Positions 1 to 10,220 of a stretch of 64,000 nucleotides of DNA are shown here, piece by piece. The notes under the pieces were generated by a model, which had not been told where the DNA came from, searched no databases, and was given only the letters and a program-made list of their open reading frames with translations. The stretch lies in contig JBMORA010000001.1 of the NCBI GenBank assembly GCA_049320885.1, forward strand, positions 242,622 to 306,621, in the 5' to 3' direction. Each line of letters begins with the position of its first letter. Position 1 is the first letter of the stretch. This DNA comes from Thermodesulfobacteriota bacterium. GTDB lineage: Bacteria; Desulfobacterota; Desulfobacteria; Desulfobacterales; SURF-7. The position numbers and the translations under genes were made by a program.

Positions 1-2
1 AC

Positions 3-380
3 CTCTCGCCCCTGTCGGACGGCAATGGGAACGGCATCGGGCTGGCGGACATCACCACCACCCGTCTGGTCAACTCCCTGGACCGGGAAAAGACCGTCGC
101 CAACGCCGTTGCCGCCATTTCCCCGGAGAAGGCCGCCGTCCCCATCCATTTCGACACGGACCGGGAGGCCCTGGACGTCTGCCTGCAAACCATCGGCCGG
201 CCGCCTGTGGACACCCTCCGCATCGTCCGGATCAAAAACACCGCCAGCCTGCACCTGCTGCAGGTCTCCGAATCCCTTGGGCCATGGATCGACACCAACC
301 CGGACCTGGAACGGCTGACCGGCTGGGAGTCCCTGGAATTCGACAGAAACGGAAACCTGACGCCTTTTCCGGAGTCCTGA
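3..380 (+). CDS. C-terminal part of a lactate racemase (LarA)/DUF2088-like domain protein (5' truncated)
   Basis: Frame 3 is open from the window edge: LSPLSDGNGNGIGLADITTTRLV...PIHFDTDREAL...RIVRIKNT...FDRNGNL, ending at TGA 378-380. Not in the ORF track because it lacks a start. Confidence 0.6.
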   Translation, partial: LSPLSDGNGNGIGLADITTTRLVNSLDREKTVANAVAAISPEKAAVPIHFDTDREALDVCLQTIGRPPVDTLRIVRIKNTASLHLLQVSESLGPWIDTNPDLERLTGWESLEFDRNGNLTPFPES

Positions 381-434
381 GCTTCGGTGGATCTAAGCCT
401 ACTCACCTTTATGAAACGAGTGCGCCGACAACTA

Positions 435-448
435 TGTAATTCGTTACA
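435..448. promoter_or_regulatory. Palindrome TGTAA-TTCG-TTACA, candidate enhancer-binding protein site
   Basis: 5-bp inverted repeat about 75 bp upstream of a sigma54 consensus. Confidence 0.4.
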
Positions 449-521
449 CAAACGAATTGTCTGTAACTCCCGGGAAAAGGCAACCACCCGTCGATACGGC
501 ATTTTCATGAACACGCCGATT

Positions 522-537
522 TGGCATACAGATTGCT
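522..537 (+). promoter_or_regulatory. sigma54 -24/-12 promoter of the PilZ gene
   Basis: TGGCAT-ACAGA-TTGCT matches TGGCAC-N5-TTGCW. Confidence 0.75.
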
Positions 538-597
538 TTTCACCCAAAATATAAAAAACGACGAACCCAATCGACAACGGTTACCTGGAGTTTCAAG

Positions 598-1149
598 ATG
601 ATGATATTCAGAAAAAAAAGAACGGAAAAACAACCAGGATCATCTGATCAAGGGAAAACCAATGATCTGCGCCGGCAACCACAACTGTTGAAACCGGATG
701 CGGTTCTGCAAAATTTCCGGGAAGTGTCCGACTACCGCATTCCCGCCGCCTTGAAACGGCTGGAAACAACCCCGGTCTGCCAGCCGAACAACATATCCGT
801 ATTCCGGGAAAAACGAAGCGCCACCCGGGTCGCCACCTTTCTGACAGGCGGCTACCGGACCGTGGAAAAAGGGTACAGAGGCCTGATCAGCATCGAGAAT
901 ATGTCCCGCACCGGTATGCGGGTCAAACTGAATGCCCGCCGTCTCCTGCACATCAACGATCGGCTGATCGTCACCTTCAATCTGGACAACATCATCCATC
1001 TGCCGATTCAACGGGAAGTCCTGATCAAACACACCGATGACATCCATCTGGGGGTTGAATTCTGCGGCGACGAGTTGTACGATGGCCTCCATCTGTATCT
1101 TGGAGATGACTTCCGGGGAACCCATCCATTCGATGAAGCGTTGAACTGA
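598..1149 (+). CDS. PilZ domain protein (putative c-di-GMP receptor)
   Basis: RxxxR (EKRSATRV) and (D/N)xSxxG (ENMSRTG) motifs, C-terminal GVEF; GGAG RBS. Confidence 0.75.
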   Translation: MMIFRKKRTEKQPGSSDQGKTNDLRRQPQLLKPDAVLQNFREVSDYRIPAALKRLETTPVCQPNNISVFREKRSATRVATFLTGGYRTVEKGYRGLISIENMSRTGMRVKLNARRLLHINDRLIVTFNLDNIIHLPIQREVLIKHTDDIHLGVEFCGDELYDGLHLYLGDDFRGTHPFDEALN

Positions 1150-1166
1150 AGAGAACCGGTTACAGC

Positions 1167-2312
1167 ATGACCAGCCAAACGGCGCTTGGGGACGAACTGG
1201 CGGCAACCATCCGGAAATGCACCGGCTGCGGCGCCTGCCTGAACAAATGCCGCTTTCTCCAATTATACGGTCTGCCGAAAACCATTGCCGAAACCTACAA
1301 GCCGGCTTTGGATTTTCGGCTGCCGTATGAATGCAGCCTCTGCGGTCTATGCGACGCCGTCTGCCCGGAAGGCCTGGAGCCGAGCAGACTGTTTCTGGCC
1401 ATGCGACGGGACGCCGCGGCATCCGGCCGCGTTGCCTTCGCGGCCTACAAGATCATTCTGGGGTATGAAAAAACAGGCAATTCCCCCCTGTTTACCTACT
1501 ACGGGCTGCCGCAAGGCTGCGATACGGTTTTCTTCCCCGGCTGCACATTTTCGGGAACCCGCCCCCGGACCACCCGCCATGTTTTTTCCCTCTTGCAGGA
1601 GCTAATCCCGAACCTGGGGCTCGTCATGGACTGCTGCAATAAAATCTCCCATGATCTGGGACGCCAGAACCATTTTGCCGCCATGTTCAACCCCATGCGT
1701 GATTTTCTGATCCGACACGGCATCCGCCGGGTGCTGGCGGCCTGCCCCAACTGCTACATCCTTTTCAAGACATACGGAACCGCACTGCAAGTCGAAACGA
1801 TCTATGAACATATCTCCCGCAACGGCGTTCCCGGGAACCCGGGAGGCCACGGTCCGGTAACCATTCACGATCCATGCCCCCTGCGACGGGAGGATGATGT
1901 CCATAACGCGGTGCGGGATCTGGCCGGCAGGATGGGTTTTTCCCTGCGGGAGTCGAAGCACAAACGCGATCGCACCCTCTGCTGCGGCGAAGGCGGCTCG
2001 GTGGGATTTGTCCGCGGGGATCTGGCCGATGAATGGCGAAGGCGGCGCCGGCAGGAGGCGGAAGAGCTGCCTGTCCTGACCTACTGCGCCGGATGCGCCG
2101 GATTTCTCGGCCGGGACATGCGGACCTTTCACATCGCCGATGCGCTGATTTCACCCCGGGCCTGCATCGACGGCACAGCCCCAGTCGCAAGGGCGCCGTT
2201 CACCTATCTGAATCGGTTGCTGCTCAAACGCCGCTTCAAACGGGAGCTGATGGGGGCGCAGGCGTCCGTTATGTGGCAGTCGAACGCGATATCACCAAGG
2301 GGCTGGAAATAG
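1167..2312 (+). CDS. (Fe-S)-binding CCG-domain oxidoreductase (GlpC/HdrD-like)
   Basis: Two CxxCxxCxxxC motifs, plus FFPGC, DCC, ACPNC, HDPC, LCCG and YCAGC. Confidence 0.85.
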   Translation: MTSQTALGDELAATIRKCTGCGACLNKCRFLQLYGLPKTIAETYKPALDFRLPYECSLCGLCDAVCPEGLEPSRLFLAMRRDAAASGRVAFAAYKIILGYEKTGNSPLFTYYGLPQGCDTVFFPGCTFSGTRPRTTRHVFSLLQELIPNLGLVMDCCNKISHDLGRQNHFAAMFNPMRDFLIRHGIRRVLAACPNCYILFKTYGTALQVETIYEHISRNGVPGNPGGHGPVTIHDPCPLRREDDVHNAVRDLAGRMGFSLRESKHKRDRTLCCGEGGSVGFVRGDLADEWRRRRRQEAEELPVLTYCAGCAGFLGRDMRTFHIADALISPRACIDGTAPVARAPFTYLNRLLLKRRFKRELMGAQASVMWQSNAISPRGWK

Positions 2313-2353
2313 AAAAAATGTTTGGGGAAAAAATCGTCAAGGAGCATCCGGAT

Positions 2354-3772
2354 ATGTACACAATCCTCATCATTGACGACGACAAGGCGGTTTCGAAAAT
2401 GCTGGGAGCAATGATCCGCCGCATGAATTGTGAGCCGGTCTGTTGCGCCACCATAGCTGAGGGCCTTGCCGTTTTACGGGATCGGTACTGCGATGCAGTC
2501 CTTCTCGATGTCCAATTGCCGGACGGCTATGGACTGGATATCATTCCAGCTATCCGCGCCTCGGCCTCGGAACCGGAAGTGGTTATTCTAACCGGCTTCG
2601 GAACCGCTGATGGAGCGGAAATCGCCATTAAAAATGGGGCCTGGGACTACATCCGGAAAAGCGATTCTCCCCAGGAAGTGACATTGTCTTTGAAGCGGGT
2701 GATTGACTATCGCAGGGAAAAAGACCAAACTCGCACTGAACCGGTGGCACTGAAGCTGGACCATATCGTTGGAAAAAGCAAGGCGATCAAAGCGTGCTAT
2801 GACCAAGTTGCCCGTGCGGCTGCCGGAAACGCCAGCGTACTCATCTCCGGGGAAACCGGGACCGGTAAGGAAATATTCGCCAGAGCCATCCATGCCAACA
2901 GCTCCCGCTCCGAGGCAAACATAGTGGTTGTGGATTGTGCGGCCCTTCCTGCGACTCTGGTGGAAAGCCTGCTGTTCGGTCATGAAAAAGGGGCTTACAC
3001 CGGAGCGGAAAGCACCCGGGAGGGGTTGGTGGCCCAAGCCGATGGCGGCACCCTCTTTCTGGATGAAGTTGGGGAAATGCAACCCGAAATCCAGAGGGTC
3101 TTTTTGCGTGTGCTGCAGGAGCGCAGATACAGGCCGGTGGGCGGAAGGCATGAGCGCGCTAGCGACTTCAGGCTTATCGCCGCCACCAATCAGAATCTCA
3201 ACCATTTGGCGGACAGCGGCGGTTTCCGAAAAGACCTTCTGTACCGCATCCGCGCAATCGAAATCCATCTGCCGCCTCTGCGGGAACGGCCTGAAGACAT
3301 AAGTCCTTTGGTTTTTCACTATTTGACCAAAATCTGCGATCGTTCCAGAATCGGTTTCAAAGGGGTTTCCGCCGACTTTCTGGCGGTTCTCAACGATTAT
3401 CCATGGCCTGGCAATGTCCGGGAACTCATCAATGCGTTGGAAACAGCCCTGTCCAACGCCGGTCCAGATCTTACCCTGATCTCCCGCTACTTGCCCCAGA
3501 ACATACGGCTGCACGCTGTTCGCAAGGAATTCGACCCGGCATCCGCCGTCCGCGACGGACAGCCGGGAGCCGCCTCCACCGGACCGGATTTGTCCAGGTT
3601 CCCCCTCACCTATAAAATCTTTAAAAAAAATGCCTTGGCTGCTGCGGAAAAACAATACCTGGAGGAGTTGCTAAGCGCCTCCGGGAATCGGACAGAAACA
3701 GCCCTGCGCCTATCGGGTCTTTCCCGCTCCCGTTTTTACGAACTGATCAAACAGCATAACCTTTCCCTGTAA
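2354..3772 (+). CDS. sigma54-dependent response regulator (REC-AAA+-HTH, NtrC family)
   Basis: IIDDD/LLDVQLPD receiver, GETGTGKE, GAYTGA, FLDEVGE, WPGNVREL and C-terminal HTH; AAGGAG RBS before ATG 2354. Confidence 0.93.
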   Translation: MYTILIIDDDKAVSKMLGAMIRRMNCEPVCCATIAEGLAVLRDRYCDAVLLDVQLPDGYGLDIIPAIRASASEPEVVILTGFGTADGAEIAIKNGAWDYIRKSDSPQEVTLSLKRVIDYRREKDQTRTEPVALKLDHIVGKSKAIKACYDQVARAAAGNASVLISGETGTGKEIFARAIHANSSRSEANIVVVDCAALPATLVESLLFGHEKGAYTGAESTREGLVAQADGGTLFLDEVGEMQPEIQRVFLRVLQERRYRPVGGRHERASDFRLIAATNQNLNHLADSGGFRKDLLYRIRAIEIHLPPLRERPEDISPLVFHYLTKICDRSRIGFKGVSADFLAVLNDYPWPGNVRELINALETALSNAGPDLTLISRYLPQNIRLHAVRKEFDPASAVRDGQPGAASTGPDLSRFPLTYKIFKKNALAAAEKQYLEELLSASGNRTETALRLSGLSRSRFYELIKQHNLSL

Positions 3773-3816
3773 TGTCCACCTTGCCCTCTCTCCAGTCAGT
3801 CGATTAAGCGTTTTTA

Positions 3817-3853
3817 TCCGAAATTTTCGGAAAATCCGTCCGCTTTTACCGGA
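3817..3853. promoter_or_regulatory. Tandem TCCG-N7-CGGA palindromes (candidate UAS)
   Basis: TCCGAAATTTTCGGA (3817-3831) and TCCGCTTTTACCGGA (3839-3853), 22 bp apart. Confidence 0.55.
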
Positions 3854-3935
3854 AAACAAGACCGGAATGCCCCTCCCTCCATCCATTACCATCCGTATCT
3901 TATTGTAATAATATAAAATATTTCGATATAACAAT

Positions 3936-3951
3936 TGGCACACTTTGTGAG
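3936..3951 (+). promoter_or_regulatory. Variant sigma54 promoter
   Basis: TGGCAC-ACTTT-GTGA: perfect -24 with GA in place of GC at -12; preceded by an AT-rich tract. Confidence 0.5.
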
Positions 3952-4215
3952 TTGCGGTAAAAGAACCGGCCGGAAAAGCGTGCGCTTTCGAGACAAACCG
4001 TTATGGTGCAACCCTCCATTAAAATACGGCAAGCCTCGAACAAACCCTCTATCCCCACTTTATTGGATACGGGGATGGCGGCCTACAGGAAGTGGAAATG
4101 GTCAGAGAACGTTTGCTTGGACTCAAGCAGCGATCAGCGCGCTGTCGATGGAAATCGCAGAGGGAAACGAAGAACCTGCGGAATTCGAACATTAAAATTT
4201 ATTTTGGGGAGTTGG

Positions 4216-7200
4216 ATGAAAGAAACACGAAAGGCGATATCATGTAACCGGCAGGCGGTTGCACTCGCTGCGACACTGCTGCTGATGCTTTTTGCCGGAG
4301 CCTGGTTTTACAGCGATCAAGAGCGGGCCTATCGTGAACGGATTGCCGACGAGCTGGCGGCAGTTGCCAGGATCAAGACAGGCCAGATCGAAGAATGGAG
4401 AAATGACCAGATAAAAGACGCTGATTTATTGGTGAAAAATCCGCTTTTTCATCAATCCGCGAGTCGCTTTCTGTCCCACCCGCAAGCACAGGCTCCCGAT
4501 AGCCTTTTGGCCCTGTTGCGACTGTTTCAGCAGAACAACGATTGCGCCGACATTCTTCTGGTGGACCCGGGGGGCCGAATCCGTCTTAGCTTGAACGGTT
4601 GCGAAACAAAACAGATCGGATACATGGCTACCATGGGAAAAGCCCTCCAATCCAAAAGACCGGAATTCACCGATTTGCATATCGATACTCTGTACCCGGA
4701 TCTTCATCTGTCTATAACAACTCGATTTTCTATCGGAGAAGACCCGGCGTCGCCGGCGGGTGCGGTCATCCAGGTCCTCGATGCCGCCACATTCCTCTTC
4801 CCCATGATCCGGAACTGGCCCACCCACCGGAAAACAGCGGAGGCCCTGCTTGCACGGAAGGACGGTGGGAATGTCGTTTTTCTTACCAATCTCCGGCATA
4901 GGCCGGATGCGGCCCTCAACCTGCGTCTTCCCTTGCAGCTGGACAGCGACCCTGCGGTCATGGCCGCGTCCGGACAATCCGGATTCGTGATCGGCAGGGA
5001 TTATCGCGGGACAGAGGTGGCGGCATCCATCCTGCCCGTGCCGGATTCCAACTGGTTCATGGTGGTTAAGATCGATACGGTAGAGGCCTTTTCCGGCTGG
5101 CGTTTCCGTTCAACCTTGATGCTGTCCCTGATGTTGGGCATGATCGGATTGGCGGGAACGATCAGTCTGCTGATCCGGCAGCGTGAACAAAAAAACCAGT
5201 ACCGCGCCTTATATGCCGCTGAAAGCGCCCTGCGCTCCAATGCCGAACGCCACAGCGTCATCCTCAACGCCGTCGATGCGGGCGTAATTGCAACCGATTC
5301 CCATGGACGGGTGGAGCTTGTCAATCCAGAAGCGGAACTCCTGACCGGCTGGAAAGGCAGTGAAGCCCGGGGGCGCTTGTTGTCCGAAATTTTTCGTTCC
5401 ATCGACTCCGACACCCGGGAACCGGTAGACAATCCGGCGGAAAAAGCTCTATCAGACGGCAGGAAAGTCGTTTTCATCAATCACACCCTGCTGGTTTCCC
5501 GGGACGGCTCCGAACGCCATGTTACGGTAAGTGCCGCGCCGGTCCGCGATGAGAAGGGGGAGAACACCGGCGCGGCCATGGTTTTCCGGGATGTGACCAC
5601 AAACTATCTCTCACGTCAGGCCTTGCAGCAGAGCGAGGAAAACTACAGGAAGCTGTTTGAGGATCATGTGGCCGTCAAATTAATCATCGACCCCGACACA
5701 TATGCCATTATCGATGCCAACTGGGCCGCGGCATCATTCTACGGCTGGACACGCGAGGAACTTCGGCGTATGAAAATCCAGGACATCAACACTCTTCCGC
5801 ACGCGGAAATCATGGCGGAGATGAACCGGGCACTGAACCTGAACCGGATCCGCTTCGAATTCCGCCACCGCCGGGCAGATGGCGGAATCCGCGACGTGGA
5901 AGTATTCAGCAGCAAAATCCAGGTCAAGACCAGAACCCTCCTGCATTCCATCGTGCATGACATCACTGACAGGAAAAAGGCCGAAAGGGATCGGGAACGG
6001 CTGGCGGCGGCCATCGATCAGGTGGGAGAGGCTATTGTGATCACCGATTGCGATGCACTTATCCGCTATGTCAATCCGACCTTCGAACAAATATCCGGTT
6101 TCGGACGAGAGGAAGTCCTTGGCCGCAATCCCCGTTTTCTCAAGAGCGGACTGCAAGGCGACGGGTTTTACCGGGAGATGTGGCGGACACTTATTTCCGG
6201 CCAAACCTGGCAGGGTCGCCTGGTCAATAAACGCAAGAACGGGGATTTATACACCGAGGAAACGGTTATTTCCCCGGTCCTGAACCCCCTGGGCGTCATC
6301 GACGGATATGTATCCATCAAACGCGATATAACGCGGGACCTGGAGCTGGAGCAGCGCATGCTCCAGGCCCAAAAAATGGAAGCCATCGGGACCCTTGCCG
6401 GCGGAATCGCCCACGATTTCAATAATATCCTTTTTCCCATCATCGGTTTTTCCGAGATGCTGCTTCAGGATCTTCCCCCGGAGGACAAGAAACACGAACA
6501 GGTTGATGAGATTTATCGGGCCGCCCTGCGCGCCAGCGACCTAGTGGGACAAATCCTGTCCTTTAGCCGTCAGTCGGAGGAACGGAAACTGCCCATCCGG
6601 ATTCATCCGATTCTGAAGGAGGTGGTGAAACTCATCCGCTCCACAATCCCCGCAAACATCGAGATCACCAGTCGTATTCAAAACCATTGCGGACGGGTTC
6701 TGGCAGATCCGACGCAAATCCACCAGATTGTCATGAACCTGGTCACCAATGCCTATCACGCGGTTGATGAAACCGGCGGAACCATAACGGTAGTCTTGCA
6801 GGAGACCGAAATCGGTCCGGATAATCTGGCGGCTCCGGCATTGACATGCGGAAAATTCGCCCGTATCAGCGTCTCCGACACGGGAGTGGGGATCGACAAG
6901 GCAATCCTGGATAAGATATTTGAACCGTATTTCACCACCAAGGAGCGCGGCAAGGGCACCGGACTCGGACTTTCCATCGTTCACGGAATCGTCACGGAAT
7001 CCGGAGGGCATATCCATGTCACTAGCCAGGCGGGCAAAGGAACGACGTTCGATGTGTACCTGCCGATCATGACAGGCGATGATGAAGAAGATACCACCAA
7101 AGGCATTATGGAGCTGCCTAGGGGAAACGAGCGGGTATTCCTGGTGGAGGATGAGGAACCCATCGCCCGCATGGTGACGTCATTCCTCCAACGGCTCGGG

Positions 7201-7500
7201 TATCAGGTCCACGCCTTCACGGACAGCATCGCGGCCTTGGAGTCCTTCCGCAAGCATCCGGAAGAGCAAGATCTGGTGATAACCGATATGGCCATGCCAC
7301 GCATGACGGGACTTCAACTTGCCGAGGAACTGCTCGCGGTGCGTCCGGGAATTCCGATCATTATATGCACCGGTTTCAGCGAAAAAATCGACCGTGGCCG
7401 GTGCGATGATCTTGGAATCAAGGGGTTGATGATGAAACCCGTGCTGATCAAGGAACTGGCGCTCCTGATTCGCCGGCTTCTCGGCGGGTGTCATTCCTGA
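4216..7500 (+). CDS. Membrane hybrid sensor histidine kinase (Cache-like, 3 PAS, HisKA, HATPase, REC)
   Basis: Two TM segments, PAS repeats, [10 protein letters not shown]-box, GTGLGLS G2 box and C-terminal receiver. The frame is open from 4003; start chosen by RBS. Confidence 0.92.
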   Translation: MKETRKAISCNRQAVALAATLLLMLFAGAWFYSDQERAYRERIADELAAVARIKTGQIEEWRNDQIKDADLLVKNPLFHQSASRFLSHPQAQAPDSLLALLRLFQQNNDCADILLVDPGGRIRLSLNGCETKQIGYMATMGKALQSKRPEFTDLHIDTLYPDLHLSITTRFSIGEDPASPAGAVIQVLDAATFLFPMIRNWPTHRKTAEALLARKDGGNVVFLTNLRHRPDAALNLRLPLQLDSDPAVMAASGQSGFVIGRDYRGTEVAASILPVPDSNWFMVVKIDTVEAFSGWRFRSTLMLSLMLGMIGLAGTISLLIRQREQKNQYRALYAAESALRSNAERHSVILNAVDAGVIATDSHGRVELVNPEAELLTGWKGSEARGRLLSEIFRSIDSDTREPVDNPAEKALSDGRKVVFINHTLLVSRDGSERHVTVSAAPVRDEKGENTGAAMVFRDVTTNYLSRQALQQSEENYRKLFEDHVAVKLIIDPDTYAIIDANWAAASFYGWTREELRRMKIQDINTLPHAEIMAEMNRALNLNRIRFEFRHRRADGGIRDVEVFSSKIQVKTRTLLHSIVHDITDRKKAERDRERLAAAIDQVGEAIVITDCDALIRYVNPTFEQISGFGREEVLGRNPRFLKSGLQGDGFYREMWRTLISGQTWQGRLVNKRKNGDLYTEETVISPVLNPLGVIDGYVSIKRDITRDLELEQRMLQAQKMEAIGTLAGGIAHDFNNILFPIIGFSEMLLQDLPPEDKKHEQVDEIYRAALRASDLVGQILSFSRQSEERKLPIRIHPILKEVVKLIRSTIPANIEITSRIQNHCGRVLADPTQIHQIVMNLVTNAYHAVDETGGTITVVLQETEIGPDNLAAPALTCGKFARISVSDTGVGIDKAILDKIFEPYFTTKERGKGTGLGLSIVHGIVTESGGHIHVTSQAGKGTTFDVYLPIMTGDDEEDTTKGIMELPRGNERVFLVEDEEPIARMVTSFLQRLGYQVHAFTDSIAALESFRKHPEEQDLVITDMAMPRMTGLQLAEELLAVRPGIPIIICTGFSEKIDRGRCDDLGIKGLMMKPVLIKELALLIRRLLGGCHS

Positions 7501-7579
7501 GGCTCCCCGGCCGGGCTATCATCCAAAATTCCAGCCTCCCGTCATCTGGAAGCTGGCTCTTCGATCCTTCTGTTGTTTA

Positions 7580-8089
7580 TCAGGGCTCTTTTTTCCCGAA
7601 GTAGTCCTCGGGGGATTTTTCCAGGATATCCAACCTGTCTTGAAATTCCTTGATACGGGCGTTTTTCAAGGCAATGGACAGGGAAGGGCCCACGGCCAGC
7701 TGCCGGATGCGATCGATTTCCCCTTGCAACCGGTCCTTCTCCGCCTGGATTTTCCCTTCCCACTCCGCCCGGGCCGCCTGCGCTTTCTCTTCTTCGGCTT
7801 TTTGCTTTTTCAGCGCCTTCTCCCGTTCCAGTTCCTGATACACATCCCCGTCCTTCCAGTCCGCGGGAGTCGGTTGATTTCCGTTTGGAGAAGAGACGGT
7901 TGCTTCCTGCCCGTCGGAGGGAATTTCCGCATGGACCTTTACATCCGCCGCTGTCTCATCCGGCGCCGTATCGCTGTAGCGCTTTACGCCGTTTTCATCG
8001 GTCCAGGAATAAAAACCGGCCTGGAGCCGGAACTCCGTCGCGAGGAAAAATACCAATACGCCGCAGCACACCTTCAACAGGATTTTCAT
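7580..8089 (-). CDS. Secreted DUF4124-domain protein with coiled coil
   Basis: Signal peptide followed by FYSWTDENGVKRYSDTAP. Confidence 0.75.
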   Translation of the reverse strand: MKILLKVCCGVLVFFLATEFRLQAGFYSWTDENGVKRYSDTAPDETAADVKVHAEIPSDGQEATVSSPNGNQPTPADWKDGDVYQELEREKALKKQKAEEEKAQAARAEWEGKIQAEKDRLQGEIDRIRQLAVGPSLSIALKNARIKEFQDRLDILEKSPEDYFGKKEP

Positions 8090-8307
8090 GGAAACCTCCG
8101 TCCAGACCGCTGGGGTGAGATAAATCCAACTATCTGTTTTGTATAATATGCCATCCGCCGGCCGTCAAGAGCCGCCTGCTTCCCGCGCCATCCCCCGTCT
8201 CCGGTTCCAGCGGTCAAATCCGTTGCGGCCGCTGTGGAAATACGGTATGCAGAAACCATCCTTATTCGTTTTGATGGCAACCGTTATACCAACGTCAAAG
8301 GATCCGG

Positions 8308-9450
8308 ATGGAAATCGTTTCCAAATTATCCGATGTGGGAACCACCGTCTTCACGGTCATGAGCCGGCTGGCCCAGGAACATGGGGCCGTCAATCTCTCC
8401 CAGGGATTTCCCGATTTTGATACCTCCCCGGAATTGATCGACCTGGTGACCCGGCACATGCGGGCCGGACGCAACCAGTATGCCCCCATGCAGGGAGTGT
8501 TGGAACTCAGGCAGGCCATCGCCCGCAAAACCGCGGACATATACGGCGCGGACTACGACCCCGAAACCGAGATCACCGTCACTTCCGGCGCCACGGAGGC
8601 CCTCTACGCGGCCATCAGCGCGGTGGTCGGCCCGGGGGACGAGGTAATCATTTTCGAGCCGGCCTTTGATTCCTATGTGCCGGCCGTGCGGCTGAACGGG
8701 GGCGTTCCCGTCTATGTCACCCTGGATTTTCCGGACTACCGGATCGATTGGGACCAGGTGCGGGCGGCCTTCACTACCAGGACGCGCCTGGTCATCCTCA
8801 ACTCTCCCCACAATCCCACCGGGACCGTGCTGCTGCCCCGGGACATGGAAGCCTTCCGCCAGGTGGTTGCGGACCGGGATCTATATATCATCGGCGATGA
8901 AGTCTACGAACATATCCTTTTTGACGGGATTGTTCATGAAAGCCTGCTGGGCTATCCGGACCTCGCCCGCAAGAGCTTCGTGATCAGCTCCTTCGGCAAA
9001 ACCTACCACACCACGGGCTGGAAAATCGGATATTGCCTGGCCCCGGAGCCGCTTTCCCGGGAATTCCGGAAGGTGCACCAGTTTCTGACCTTCGCTTCCA
9101 ACACTCCCATCCAATACGCCTATGCCGATTTCCTGAAAGAAACGGAAAGGTTCACCACCCTGGGGACCTTTTACCAGAAAAAACGGGATCTGTTTCGCTC
9201 CCTGCTGGCAGGATCGCGATTTACCATCCTGCCCTGTCGCGGCACCTATTTCCAACTGCTGGATTATTCGGCGATCAGCCAGGAACCGGATACCGCCTTC
9301 GCCCGCCGGATGGTCACGGACATGGGCGTGGCCGCGATCCCGCCATCGGTATTTTACAGCCGGCGGGACGACAACCAGGTGCTGCGCTTCTGTTTTGCCA
9401 AAAAAGACGAAACCCTCCGACAAGCGGCGGACATACTATGCGGAATCTGA
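8308..9450 (+). CDS. ybdL: PLP-dependent methionine/glutamine aminotransferase
   Basis: NLSQGFPDF, NSPHNPTG, DEVYEH and SFGKTYHTTGWKIGY (PLP lysine). Confidence 0.88.
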   Translation: MEIVSKLSDVGTTVFTVMSRLAQEHGAVNLSQGFPDFDTSPELIDLVTRHMRAGRNQYAPMQGVLELRQAIARKTADIYGADYDPETEITVTSGATEALYAAISAVVGPGDEVIIFEPAFDSYVPAVRLNGGVPVYVTLDFPDYRIDWDQVRAAFTTRTRLVILNSPHNPTGTVLLPRDMEAFRQVVADRDLYIIGDEVYEHILFDGIVHESLLGYPDLARKSFVISSFGKTYHTTGWKIGYCLAPEPLSREFRKVHQFLTFASNTPIQYAYADFLKETERFTTLGTFYQKKRDLFRSLLAGSRFTILPCRGTYFQLLDYSAISQEPDTAFARRMVTDMGVAAIPPSVFYSRRDDNQVLRFCFAKKDETLRQAADILCGI

Positions 9451-10220
9451 AAATCACCGTCATCCAGACCGATCTTTCCTGGGAAGACAGCCAACGCAAC
9501 CTGGCTGGCATCGGCGAAAAACTCCAAGGCCTTGGTGAGGAAACCCACCTGATCATCCTGCCGGAGATGTTCGCCACGGGATTCAGCATGAACGCGGCGA
9601 GCATCGCCCAGGACATGCAGGGACCCGCGGTCGCCTGGCTCCTGGAGCAGGCCGAAAAATCAAAGGCCGACATCGCCGGCAGCCTTGCCGTTCGGGAAAA
9701 GGGCCGTTTTTTCAACCGGCTGATCTGGGTCAGGCCTAGCGGGGACATCCTGACCTACGACAAGAAACACCTGTTCCGGTATGCCGGTGAAGAAAAGGTT
9801 TACACCGCCGGCGACCGGCTTCTGACGGTGGAATTGAACGGCTGGCGGATCCGGCCGTTCATCTGCTATGATCTGCGCTTTCCCTGCTGGTGCCGCAACT
9901 GGAACAAGGCCTACGACCTGGCCGTTTATGTCGCCAATTGGCCGGCCAAACGCGCTGCCCATTGGAAAGCGTTGCTGCCGGCCAGGGCCATCGAAAACCA
10001 GTGTTACGTAGCAGGCGTAAACCGGGTGGGAACGGACGGCAACGGGATGACTTACAGCGGCGACAGCGCCGTGATCGATCCCCTGGGAACCACCCTGTTT
10101 CAGAAAAGCAGCCTGGAATCCGTTCAAACAGTGGAACTTTCCTTGGCGCTGCTGCGGGAATACCGGCAACACTTCCCTGCCTGGATGGATGCCGACGATC
10201 CCGCACCCGCAGCTACATGA
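9438..10220 (+). CDS. yafV: Omega-amidase (carbon-nitrogen hydrolase)
   Basis: LPEMF, YDKKHLF and ICYDLRFP give the E-K-C triad; ARAIENQ; overlaps the ybdL stop. Confidence 0.85.
   Translation: MRNLKITVIQTDLSWEDSQRNLAGIGEKLQGLGEETHLIILPEMFATGFSMNAASIAQDMQGPAVAWLLEQAEKSKADIAGSLAVREKGRFFNRLIWVRPSGDILTYDKKHLFRYAGEEKVYTAGDRLLTVELNGWRIRPFICYDLRFPCWCRNWNKAYDLAVYVANWPAKRAAHWKALLPARAIENQCYVAGVNRVGTDGNGMTYSGDSAVIDPLGTTLFQKSSLESVQTVELSLALLREYRQHFPAWMDADDPAPAAT

Noticed and set aside
2980..3010. GAYTGA instead of GAFTGA in the sigma54 activator
   Set aside because: Known functional variant in other enhancer-binding proteins; not evidence of novelty.
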